Source: an uncultured Aquificales bacterium
GTDB taxonomy: Bacteria > Thermosulfidibacterota > Thermosulfidibacteria > Thermosulfidibacterales > Thermosulfidibacteraceae
Assembly (NCBI GenBank): GCA_964453345.1
Contig: CAYVOC010000044.1
Location: forward strand, 1 to 10,984
DNA: 10,984 bases
Direction of reading: 5' to 3'
The translations under genes and the position numbers were made by a program. Below the pieces are notes generated by a model. It did not search any database and was not told the origin of the DNA. It saw only the letters and a program-made list of their open reading frames with translations. Positions 1-10,499 of this stretch are shown piece after piece. Each line of letters opens with the position of its first letter. Within the stretch, counting starts at the first letter, position 1.

Positions 1-2715
<2,715 letters not shown>

Positions 2716-3396
2716 CTACTCCCCCTTTGTGGCTTTGTAGCAGTAGCACACGCCAAAGGTGTAAGGCTCCATGAGCACGTATTTAAAGCCGGCGCCTGCT
2801 ATCTCCCTTGCAAACTCCGCAGGCTTGGGAAAAGCCTCAACCGACTCCGGAAGGTAGGTGTAGGCTTCCCTGTCCTTTGAAAAGAGCCAGCCCAAAAAAG
2901 GCAGAATCCTGTGGAAGTATAGGTCGTAAACCTTGCCCAGAATCCCTTTAGGCTTTGAGAACTCAAGAATCACAAGGGTTCCACCCGGTTTCAGCACCCT
3001 GTAAAATTCCGAAAGGGTTTTTTCTCTGTCCTCCACATTCCTTATGCCGAAGGCGATGGTGATGCCGTCAAAGGTGCAGTCCCTGAAGGGAAGATGCTCC
3101 CCTTCCCCTTTGACGAGAAGAAGCCTTTTGCCCTTTTTGAGGGACTTCTGGGCTGCAACTTTGAGCATGTTCTCCGCCGGATCTATCCCCACAACCGCGG
3201 CTGTGGGCTTCTGGTTGAGTATCTCAAATGCCACATCCCCCGTTCCTGTGGCAACATCAAGAAACAGGTTTCCTCCCTCTTCAAGGAGTTGGTTAACCGC
3301 CTTCTTCCTCCATATGACATCCTGTCCGGCGCTGAGCAGATGGTTTAAAAAGTCATACCATCGGGATATGCGGTTGAACATATACCGTGTCTTCAT
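2716..3396 (-). CDS. ubiE: Demethylmenaquinone / ubiquinone C-methyltransferase (UbiE/MenG family)
   Basis: 226 aa with MFNRISRWYDFLNHLLSAGQDVIWR, SAM motif LDVATGTGD, LPFRDCTFD, IAFGIRNV, RVLKPGG-x-LVILEFS and AYTYLPESV. Confidence 0.93.
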   Translation of the reverse strand: MKTRYMFNRISRWYDFLNHLLSAGQDVIWRKKAVNQLLEEGGNLFLDVATGTGDVAFEILNQKPTAAVVGIDPAENMLKVAAQKSLKKGKRLLLVKGEGEHLPFRDCTFDGITIAFGIRNVEDREKTLSEFYRVLKPGGTLVILEFSKPKGILGKVYDLYFHRILPFLGWLFSKDREAYTYLPESVEAFPKPAEFAREIAGAGFKYVLMEPYTFGVCYCYKATKGE

Positions 3397-3400
3397 GGCT

Positions 3401-4267
3401 TTAGATGTCTATCCCCAGGCTCTTTCTTGCCACAAGTCCCACCACAAAGGATATGAAGGCAACCCCTAAGCTTATGGAGAGCATCTCAATGAAGGATCGC
3501 TTGAAGTCCGTCTCCTGAACCACGGATATGAAGAAGGTGAAAAGATAAATTATCCCCACCACATCCAGAAGGCTCACGAAAAGGGCGAATATGTAGTTGC
3601 CAAAAACAAAGAAGGGCCAGACGAGGAGCACAACCGCCAGGATGTAGGCTATCCCTGTGTATATGGAGGCTTTGATGGGATCCTTATCGCTGTTCCCCTC
3701 GGATTTCTGGGATAGGTATTCCGATGCGCACATGGAAAGGGATGCGGCAACCCCCATTATAATCCCTGCAAGCCCTATAACCTTGCTGTTCTGGAGGGCG
3801 AAGGTGAAGCCCGCTAAGGAGCCTGTAAGCTCCACCAGGGCATCGTTCAGCCCAAGCACCATGGAGCCAACATACTTCAGCCTTTCCTCCTCTATCATCC
3901 TCACCAGCATCTGCTCGTGGGCAAACTCGTCCTTGAGGATTTCGGCGGCGAGGGGAACCTCTTTGCTCAAGTTTTCGTAGGCTTTCTCCGCTCCCTCCTC
4001 ACCCATCTCCATAAGCTTTATGGCAAAGGTGACCCCGAAGATGAGCGCCAGAAAGATGTAAAAGGCAATCTTCTTTCTGTCGGGCTTGACATCCTCTCCC
4101 GTCAGCTCCCTCCACTTGTGGTAGTGGGAAAGTTCATCCTCTGCGATCTTTTCCAGCACCTCTCTGTTCTGTCCCTTTGCCCTTTTGGCTAAGAATCTGT
4201 AGATGTGGTATTCGGTTATCTCGTTCTTCTGAAACTCTAAGATCAGCTGTCTTGTCTTCTCTTCCAT
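3401..4267 (-). CDS. VIT1/CCC1-family Fe/Mn transporter with N-terminal ferritin/rubrerythrin-like domain
   Basis: 288 aa. N-terminal E16, E45xxH48, E90, E114xxH117 di-iron-like pattern. C-terminal hydrophobic domain with VLGLNDALVE and AASLSMCASEYLS typical of VIT1/CCC1. SD GGAGG at 4275-4279. Confidence 0.88.
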   Translation of the reverse strand: MEEKTRQLILEFQKNEITEYHIYRFLAKRAKGQNREVLEKIAEDELSHYHKWRELTGEDVKPDRKKIAFYIFLALIFGVTFAIKLMEMGEEGAEKAYENLSKEVPLAAEILKDEFAHEQMLVRMIEEERLKYVGSMVLGLNDALVELTGSLAGFTFALQNSKVIGLAGIIMGVAASLSMCASEYLSQKSEGNSDKDPIKASIYTGIAYILAVVLLVWPFFVFGNYIFALFVSLLDVVGIIYLFTFFISVVQETDFKRSFIEMLSISLGVAFISFVVGLVARKSLGIDI

Positions 4268-4656
4268 CTATCTGCCTCCCCCTTAAGATAGGCGTCGATC
4301 CTGTATTTAATCGCCAGAGAGTAATCCACATCGCCCAGAGTCCCCACCCTTATGCTCAGGGTCGTTGTTTTGCCCTTGCTCTTGGCCTTTATCTTCACCT
4401 TCTTGCCCAGCCCCGTTCTTGCCTCTATGATCCCTTCCACCATGTCCCATCTTTTGCTGATTACCTTCAATTCAAGATCCTTCAGCGCCTTCTGGGTCGC
4501 ATCCCACACCTTTTCAAAGCTGTAGTTGTAGGTCACCTTAAGTTCTCCCTTGACGTATCTGTATCCTAAGGCTCCACCCGCTCCTGCGACACCGAGAGCA
4601 ACCGCACATCCGGCTATTGCGGGGATTATCATGAGCAAGAGTAAAGATTTTCTCAT
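4243..4656 (-). CDS. DUF3568-like lipoprotein (137 aa)
   Basis: Start moved from 4704 to ATG 4656, which has SD AAGGGAGGT upstream. Signal peptide MRKSLLLLMIIP with lipobox IAG-C, then a Gly/Ala-rich segment and SIRVGTLGD, resembling DUF3568 proteins (family recognised from memory, not searched). Confidence 0.75.
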   Translation of the reverse strand: MRKSLLLLMIIPAIAGCAVALGVAGAGGALGYRYVKGELKVTYNYSFEKVWDATQKALKDLELKVISKRWDMVEGIIEARTGLGKKVKIKAKSKGKTTTLSIRVGTLGDVDYSLAIKYRIDAYLKGEADRWKRRQDS

Positions 4657-4688
4657 GGCGAACCTCCCTTGGCTACCTGTTCTTCCAC

Positions 4689-4695
4689 TATTATA
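4689..4695. promoter_or_regulatory. Overlapping back-to-back -10 elements (candidate bidirectional sigma70 promoter)
   Basis: TATTAT on plus at 4689-4694 and TATAAT on minus at 4695-4690, inside the 48-bp gap between two divergent operons. The -35 elements are weak. Confidence 0.55.
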
Positions 4696-4704
4696 GAAAG
4701 GCAT

Positions 4705-5385
4705 ATGGGTAGTAAAGCTTTTGCCAGGATCCTGGTGGTTGAAGATGACGCTTCCCTGGCCCAGGTTGTGGCCGAGGTGCTTTCAAAGGAGGGTTTCTCA
4801 GTAAAGATCTGCGCTGATGGCAGGGCGGGACTGGCGGAGGCCCTGAGCGGCGGATACGATCTGGTTATACTTGATGTTATGCTGCCCGGCATGGATGGCT
4901 TCTCTGTCTGCAAAAGGATGCGTGAAAATGGAATTTATAGCTGTGTTCTCATGCTCACCGTCAGGGACGGGGTGAAGGATAAGGTGGAGGGCTTTGAAAG
5001 CGGGGCGGATGACTACCTTACGAAGCCCTTTGAGGTTGAAGAGCTGGTGGCGAGGGTGAAGGCCCTCTTAAGAAGGAGCAGAAATTACAGATCCATTATG
5101 CGCTTGGGAAATCTGGAGATAGACGCTGTAAGAAGAAAGGTCTTTCTTAACGGTGAGGTTGTGGAGCTTTCTCCCAAGGAGTTTGAAATCCTGGAGCTTC
5201 TCGCCAGAAATAGAGGGAAAGTTCTTGGAGAAAGGGCCATACTGAAGAGCGTTTGGGGAAGCGCCGATCTCAAGGGTGGTATTTTGAAGGTTTACATTCA
5301 TCATCTTCGTCAGAAGCTGAAGGATGGAGATGGAAGGCTCATAAGGACCATCAGAGGCGTGGGGTATATGCTTGATGTCCCTTAG
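4705..5385 (+). CDS. OmpR/PhoB-family two-component response regulator
   Basis: Start placed at ATG 4705 (MGSKAFARILVVEDD). Receiver motifs VVEDD, LVILDVMLPGMDG, MLT and GADDYLTKPF; winged-helix motifs LSPKEFEILELL, VYIHHLRQKL and IRTIRGVGY. Confidence 0.95.
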   Translation: MGSKAFARILVVEDDASLAQVVAEVLSKEGFSVKICADGRAGLAEALSGGYDLVILDVMLPGMDGFSVCKRMRENGIYSCVLMLTVRDGVKDKVEGFESGADDYLTKPFEVEELVARVKALLRRSRNYRSIMRLGNLEIDAVRRKVFLNGEVVELSPKEFEILELLARNRGKVLGERAILKSVWGSADLKGGILKVYIHHLRQKLKDGDGRLIRTIRGVGYMLDVP

Positions 5386-6730
5386 GAAGAGGATAGCTTT
5401 ATTTTTTGTTCTGGCGGATCTTGTGGTTTTTGTCGTTCTTTTTGCCCTTCTGCTCTTTGTATTTAGGAGAGCGGAGCTGAAATCCCTGGAACTTGATCTG
5501 TATCTGAAAGGGGACCAGCTTGAGGACACTCTGGAATCTTCTCCATATGAAAAATGGTTTGGGATAATGGGCTCTTTTCCTGCTCAGGTTCTTCAGCTGT
5601 TGGTGAGGAGAGGCCAGGGGTATAGGGTGGTTTACAGCAAACCTCCGTCCCTTCCGCCTCTCTTGGAGGGAGAAAGCACAAAAGGCCTTTCCGAATTAAG
5701 GGAGGCGAGGCTCATAGATGTGAATATTGATGGAATCCCTTATAAGGCCATTGTGGTCAAGGTTTCCGATTCTCCTGAGCGTTTGCTTGTTGTAGCCCAT
5801 TCCCTTGAGGGTATAAACCGTTCGGTGAAGCATTTATTAGTTATAGGTGCTGCCCTTTTTCCCATGCTGGGACTTTTGATGTTTGCGGTTGCCAATCTTA
5901 TCATAGGTGCGTCCCTTTCGCCTGTTAGAAGGGTGATTGAAACGGCAAGGGTTATAACGGCGGAGGATCTTTCAAAGAGGATTCCCGAGGTGAAAACGGG
6001 GGACGAGATGGAAGCCCTTGTGTCAACTTTCAACATGATGCTTTCAAAACTTGAAGAATCTTTCTCTTCCCTCAGGCAGTTTACGAGCAGCGCAGCCCAT
6101 GAGTTGAAGACGCCTCTGGCGGTTCTGAAGGCAAGAGTGGATGTGCTGATGAAGGACTGTCCGGAATGCTCCGGGGGTCTGGCTCAGCTAAAGCAGGAAA
6201 TATCGAGGCTTTCGAGGCTGGTTGATGGCTTGTTGGTGCTTTCGAGGCTTGAAGCCCCTGCCGGCTTCTCTCTAAAGGGAAAGCTACACTTGGATGTGGT
6301 GCTTCTCAGGGTGTTTGAGGACTATCTGGTGGTAGCTGACTCCAAGGGGGTTTCTATGATTCTTAGGAATGTGGACCCTGTTGTTGTGGAGGGTGACGAG
6401 GAGCTAATAGCTGTGGCGCTGTCAAATATTGTTGACAATGCTGTGAAGTATACGCCGGCGGGTGGTAGAGTGGAGATTTCCCTGAGGAGGGAAGATTCTT
6501 ATGCCGTTCTTGAGATTGAAGATACGGGAATAGGAATGAAAGCGGATGAAATATCACGGATTTTTGATCCTTTCTTCAGAGGTCAAAATGCGCATTCCCT
6601 CGCCCCTGGAGTTGGCCTTGGTTTGACCGTTGCCAAGAGGATTTTAGAGCTGCACGGTGCCCGTATAGAGGTTGAAGGCAGAGAAGGGGGAGGAACCCGT
6701 TTCAGAGTAATCTTCAAAGCCCTACGATGA
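5375..6730 (+). CDS. HAMP-domain sensor histidine kinase (heavy-metal/envelope sensor class)
   Basis: Two TM segments around a periplasmic domain, HAMP, H-box AHELKTPL, N-box NIVDNAVKYT, G1 IEDTGIG, F-box IFDPFFR and G2 GVGLGL. ATG 5375 (or TTG 5372) overlaps the end of the regulator. Confidence 0.95.
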   Translation: MSLRKRIALFFVLADLVVFVVLFALLLFVFRRAELKSLELDLYLKGDQLEDTLESSPYEKWFGIMGSFPAQVLQLLVRRGQGYRVVYSKPPSLPPLLEGESTKGLSELREARLIDVNIDGIPYKAIVVKVSDSPERLLVVAHSLEGINRSVKHLLVIGAALFPMLGLLMFAVANLIIGASLSPVRRVIETARVITAEDLSKRIPEVKTGDEMEALVSTFNMMLSKLEESFSSLRQFTSSAAHELKTPLAVLKARVDVLMKDCPECSGGLAQLKQEISRLSRLVDGLLVLSRLEAPAGFSLKGKLHLDVVLLRVFEDYLVVADSKGVSMILRNVDPVVVEGDEELIAVALSNIVDNAVKYTPAGGRVEISLRREDSYAVLEIEDTGIGMKADEISRIFDPFFRGQNAHSLAPGVGLGLTVAKRILELHGARIEVEGREGGGTRFRVIFKALR

Positions 6731-7652
6731 GGGCGAGTGCAAGTCCCACCAACCAGATCCAGTTTCTCCTCCACCATATGACGATTTGAAAGACCTTCCC
6801 CATGATACAATCAAAAAGGGCGAGTGCCTTTGGAACCCTAACCTCAACCTTCTCCACCTTCAGGTTTCCCCTGTTTAGCGTTACCCTGAGGTAATGTGGA
6901 GGTCCCTTCCCGTCACACCCGGCTCTGCCGGTTATGAAGAATCTCAACCTTCCCCATCTTCCCCGCAGGAAGTCGTGTATGTGGGAACAGAAGACAAGAT
7001 CTACGTGGTGCCTGTTCAGAATGCGTAGCAGACGCTGGCTGTCTGAAGGATTTCTCAAGCTGTGCCCTGTGGTGAAGTTGCCCCTTCTTGGATCGTATGG
7101 AGGTATGTGTAGAAGGACAACAGCCCTTTTGCGACATCCGGAGAGCAGACCATCAAGCTCCGCAAACTCTGGTGGATACACCCTCTTTGAGTTTGAGAAG
7201 TCGGCTAACACTAAGCAGAGCTTTCCCAGTTCCACCCTGAGGTTGTCGGGACCGAAGATCTTTCTGAACCAGCCAAATCCAGCTTTCCTGACATCGTGGT
7301 TTCCCGGGACCACAAGAACGGGCTTCGGAAAGTTTAGAATCCTTTGGGTAAATAGCCAGTATTCTTCAACCTTTGAGGATTCGGTTAGGTCTCCCACTAT
7401 TATAACGAAATCAACTTTTGGATCTTCAGCTAACCGTTTTAGCACCCTTGGAAAGACGATGAAGGAATTTTTGGGATCTCCTATAACGGCAAAGCCTCTG
7501 AGCTTCTTTATCCCTCTTATCCTTTTATTTTCTCCCAGATTCAACCACAAATTGTGCTTTGCAAAGTCTTCCAAGTTTAGTGTCCACAGTTTAAGCAAAA
7601 AGGATGCGCACAGTAACAAACCAGCAGATATTCTGAGCCATCTTTTGAGCAT
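6714..7652 (-). CDS. Membrane-anchored calcineurin-like metallophosphoesterase
   Basis: 312 aa with motifs VIGD, VGDLT, PGNHD, LLHIPP and CSHIH. Hydrophobic segments at both ends (ISAGLLLCASFLL and WIWLVGLALALIVGL). Confidence 0.88.
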   Translation of the reverse strand: MLKRWLRISAGLLLCASFLLKLWTLNLEDFAKHNLWLNLGENKRIRGIKKLRGFAVIGDPKNSFIVFPRVLKRLAEDPKVDFVIIVGDLTESSKVEEYWLFTQRILNFPKPVLVVPGNHDVRKAGFGWFRKIFGPDNLRVELGKLCLVLADFSNSKRVYPPEFAELDGLLSGCRKRAVVLLHIPPYDPRRGNFTTGHSLRNPSDSQRLLRILNRHHVDLVFCSHIHDFLRGRWGRLRFFITGRAGCDGKGPPHYLRVTLNRGNLKVEKVEVRVPKALALFDCIMGKVFQIVIWWRRNWIWLVGLALALIVGL

Positions 7653-7695
7653 GTCCGCATTTTTGGGAGTGCCGGCTTCTGGGTGAATGGGGCAA

Positions 7696-7713
7696 GGTTA
7701 AAAGCTTTTAACC
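7696..7713. promoter_or_regulatory. Perfect 18-bp palindrome GGTTAAAAGCTTTTAACC, candidate transcription-factor operator
   Basis: The sequence is its own reverse complement and lies centred between the divergent phosphoesterase and ArnT-like genes. Confidence 0.7.
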
Positions 7714-7758
7714 CTTTGTGGTTGTTGATTGCCCTCATGCTTCGTAACCTGCGTTTCC

Positions 7759-9177
7759 GTGGGGAGAGAAGCTCTAATAAAGTGTGGTATTCTTTTACTT
7801 TTGTCGCTGGCCCTTTTGGTTCTTCCCGTCTGGTTCTACGGTGCCGTTGATAAGGACGAACCGAAGTATCTTGAGAGTGCTAAAGAGATGCTGGAAACCG
7901 GGGATTACATCACTCCTCGCTTCAATTGTAAGCCTCGACCGGATAAGCCGGTTCTAATCTACTGGATTATTCTTGCCGGATACAAGCTGTTCGGGAGGTC
8001 TCCGGGGGCCGGTAGGTTCTTTGTGGCTATGTCCGGGGTTTTTACCCTTTTGTCTCTGTTCGTCTGGATGCTGAAAAGATTCGGCCTGGAGGAGGCCTTT
8101 TGGGGTGCCTTGACCCTGTTGTCAACCCTTGAGTTCATGCTGATGAACTCCGTTGCCATGCCAGATGCGGTGCTTCTGCTGTTTATCACCCTGGCTGTGC
8201 TTTCCTTTTATGAGCAACACCATACTCTGGGCACCCTCTTTTGCGCCCTTGCCTTTCTTACCAAGGGGCCGGTTGGGGTTGTGTTGCCCCTCATAATTGC
8301 CAGGCCTAAGGGCGCTTTCTCCCTGAAAAATCTTTTCCTGTTCCTTATGGTGGCCATGCCCTGGTATGTGGTGGTTGCCCTGAAGGAGGGGATCTCGTTT
8401 GTTGAAAAGTTTTTCCTGTTCCACAATTTGACCAGGTTCGCCCGTGGGATACCCGGACATCCATCCCAGTGGTGGTATTATCTTGTTAATTCTCTATGGA
8501 TATTCCTTCCTGTAACCCCGCTTATCCCTGTGGCTGTGTTGAGAGGCTTTAGGGACGGAGGAGAAAAGCGCTTCTGTAGCCTCTGGGCCCTTTTGGTTCT
8601 GGCCTTTTTCCAGATGGCAAAGACGAAACTTCCCCACTATCTGCTTCCATCGCTGCCTCCGATCTCTGCTTTAGTCGGGGTGTATTTTTGCCGAACTGAT
8701 TGGTATAAAAGGCTCATCCTTGGCTTTTTAGGACTTGCCCTTTGCCTGAAGTTCTTTGCCGTTCCTATATGGGACTTGGCGAGAAGAGATCTTGACGCTG
8801 CCAGACTCGTTTTAGCCCTTTCTGAGGGTAGGAGGGTTTATTTTTACAAATACTACAGCCCCGCCATGATCTTTAACACAGGCCTCTGTATAGATCGTAT
8901 AGGAAGGGATGAGCTGTTCAGGATGGTTAGAGAAGGGCAAAGAGCCATTGTAATTGCCAGTTTGAGGAAAATCCCGAAGAAGCGTGTGGGGAAGGTGGTC
9001 TTCGTTTACAGGCCGTTGCTGCTGGGAAATCCAGTTGCTATCATAAATCTTCAGAAAAGCTGTGGGAAGGGGGATGGCCATGCTGAAACTGGAATACGGG
9101 TGCGCCTTAGAGGGAGTGGATCTGGGACACCTGGAGCGGAAGGTGGAGGAAGCTGTAGATTGGCTTATGGCCCTTAG
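7759..9177 (+). CDS. ArnT/PMT-like (GT-C fold) polyprenyl-phosphate-sugar-dependent glycosyltransferase
   Basis: Motifs DKDEPKY-x3[33 protein letters not shown] and [10 protein letters not shown], with many TM segments. Start uncertain: GTG 7759 preferred, TTG 7729 in the ORF track. The 3' end overlaps pgi. Confidence 0.85.
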   Translation: MGREALIKCGILLLLSLALLVLPVWFYGAVDKDEPKYLESAKEMLETGDYITPRFNCKPRPDKPVLIYWIILAGYKLFGRSPGAGRFFVAMSGVFTLLSLFVWMLKRFGLEEAFWGALTLLSTLEFMLMNSVAMPDAVLLLFITLAVLSFYEQHHTLGTLFCALAFLTKGPVGVVLPLIIARPKGAFSLKNLFLFLMVAMPWYVVVALKEGISFVEKFFLFHNLTRFARGIPGHPSQWWYYLVNSLWIFLPVTPLIPVAVLRGFRDGGEKRFCSLWALLVLAFFQMAKTKLPHYLLPSLPPISALVGVYFCRTDWYKRLILGFLGLALCLKFFAVPIWDLARRDLDAARLVLALSEGRRVYFYKYYSPAMIFNTGLCIDRIGRDELFRMVREGQRAIVIASLRKIPKKRVGKVVFVYRPLLLGNPVAIINLQKSCGKGDGHAETGIRVRLRGSGSGTPGAEGGGSCRLAYGP

Positions 9178-10387
9178 GGATAGGGGAGAGGTGGGTTTCT
9201 TGGATCTGCCCGATGAGAATATATCGCACATCCTTTCCTTGGCCAAAAAGAAAAGATCCATAGCCGATCAGCTCGTTCTTGTGGGTATAGGAGGTTCTTC
9301 CTTAGGGGCCGAGTGCGCTGCAGAAGCTCTGGGGGTGTCGGATAGGCTTGTTGTGCTTGACAACGTGGATCCGGAGAAGTTTGCCAGATCCCTTAAGAAG
9401 GTGGAGCCTGAAAGGGTCTGCTGCAATGTGATTTCCAAATCTGGAAGCACAACCGAAACCATAGTCAACTTTTCGGCCCTTCTATCCTGGCTTAGAAAAA
9501 GACTTGACTGGGAGGATCTGCAAAGGAGATTGGTGATAACAACCGATCCCGAGAGGGGCTTCCTCAGAGAATTTGCTAAAAGGTGCGGGCTTGATACCCT
9601 GCCCGTGCCCGGAAATGTGGGGGGTAGATTTTCTGTGCTTTCCCCTGTAGGGCTTTTCCCCCTCTCCTTTTTGGGGGTTGATGTAAAAGAGATGCTTGAG
9701 GGAGCGGCGCTTGTAAGGGATGTTTGTCTAAAAAAGAACCTGTGGGAAAACCCCGCTGCTCTCTTGGCTGCCCTGCACTATGCCCATAACGAGAGGGGCA
9801 AAAATATAGCAGTGATGATGCCCTATTCTGAGAGATTGCATCTTTTCGTCAACTGGTGGAGACAGCTGTGGGCGGAAAGCCTTGGCAAGGAAGGTAAAGG
9901 GCAGACCCCTGTCAAGGCTGTGGGCACAGTTGATCAGCATTCCCAGATACAGCTCTACAACGATGGACCCAGGGACAAAATAATAACCTTCATCGTGGTG
10001 GAGCGCATGCAGGAGGATGTGAAAGTGCCCGACGGGTTGGGTTTTGATGAGCTTGACCACTTCAGAGGGAAGACCCTCAAAGAGGTGCTGGATGCATCCT
10101 ACATGGGGACCGCTTCAGCTTTGGTTAAAAATGGGGTGCCGGTGATAACCTTGAGGATTGCGGAGATAACACCGAGGGTGCTCGGTGGCTTGTTTATGCT
10201 GTATGAGGTCGCCACGGCCATTTCGGGATACTTATACGGTATAAATCCCTTTGATCAGCCGGGGGTTGAGGAGGGTAAAAGGCTCACCCATGGCCTTCTG
10301 GGCAGAAGGGGCTTCGAGCAGATGGGGGAGGAGGCCAGAAAAATCGGGGCTTCATGCTCCAAGTCTCTGATAAAGGTGGCTTTATAA
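9080..10387 (+). CDS. pgi: Glucose-6-phosphate isomerase
   Basis: Motifs [52 protein letters not shown] and [16 protein letters not shown] 9080 preferred because of the upstream G-rich SD-like GGGGGA; ATG 9074 and GTG 9062 are alternatives. Confidence 0.96.
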   Translation: MLKLEYGCALEGVDLGHLERKVEEAVDWLMALRDRGEVGFLDLPDENISHILSLAKKKRSIADQLVLVGIGGSSLGAECAAEALGVSDRLVVLDNVDPEKFARSLKKVEPERVCCNVISKSGSTTETIVNFSALLSWLRKRLDWEDLQRRLVITTDPERGFLREFAKRCGLDTLPVPGNVGGRFSVLSPVGLFPLSFLGVDVKEMLEGAALVRDVCLKKNLWENPAALLAALHYAHNERGKNIAVMMPYSERLHLFVNWWRQLWAESLGKEGKGQTPVKAVGTVDQHSQIQLYNDGPRDKIITFIVVERMQEDVKVPDGLGFDELDHFRGKTLKEVLDASYMGTASALVKNGVPVITLRIAEITPRVLGGLFMLYEVATAISGYLYGINPFDQPGVEEGKRLTHGLLGRRGFEQMGEEARKIGASCSKSLIKVAL

Positions 10388-10405
10388 AATTTTTGTGGGT
10401 GGGTA

Positions 10406-10433
10406 TTGACTTTCTCAGAGCGCTGCTTATATT
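10406..10433 (+). promoter_or_regulatory. rRNA operon promoter P1
   Basis: TTGACT (10406-10411), 16-bp spacer, TATATT (10428-10433). AT-rich UP-like tract at 10381-10394. Confidence 0.75.
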
Positions 10434-10436
10434 AAA

Positions 10437-10457
10437 GCCTCGCCTCAAGGGTGAGGC
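10437..10457 (+). other. GC-rich hairpin at the 5' end of the P1 leader (boxB-like position)
   Basis: GCCTCGCC-TCAAG-GGTGAGGC forms an 8-bp stem with one G-U pair. Confidence 0.5.
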
Positions 10458-10499
10458 AGCAGGAAACTGAAAAGGGCAATAGGCACCACCCCGAGAGGG

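Noticed and set aside
4657..4704. ORF-track starts at 4704 (minus) and 4669 (plus), which would make the two genes overlap head-to-head
   Set aside because: The SD and signal peptide support 4656, and the receiver-domain boundary supports 4705.
6934..7686. 250-aa plus-strand ORF
   Set aside because: Antisense to the metallophosphoesterase with no recognisable domain.
4705..9070. Possible horizontally acquired island (T-rich-looking codons)
   Set aside because: No integrase, tRNA, transposase or flanking repeats. The bias could come from strand skew and membrane-protein codons, and I could not compute codon statistics.
7759..9177. Assigning the symbol arnT (L-Ara4N transferase)
   Set aside because: Family membership is clear, but donor and acceptor cannot be read from sequence and no arnBCADEF genes are in the window.
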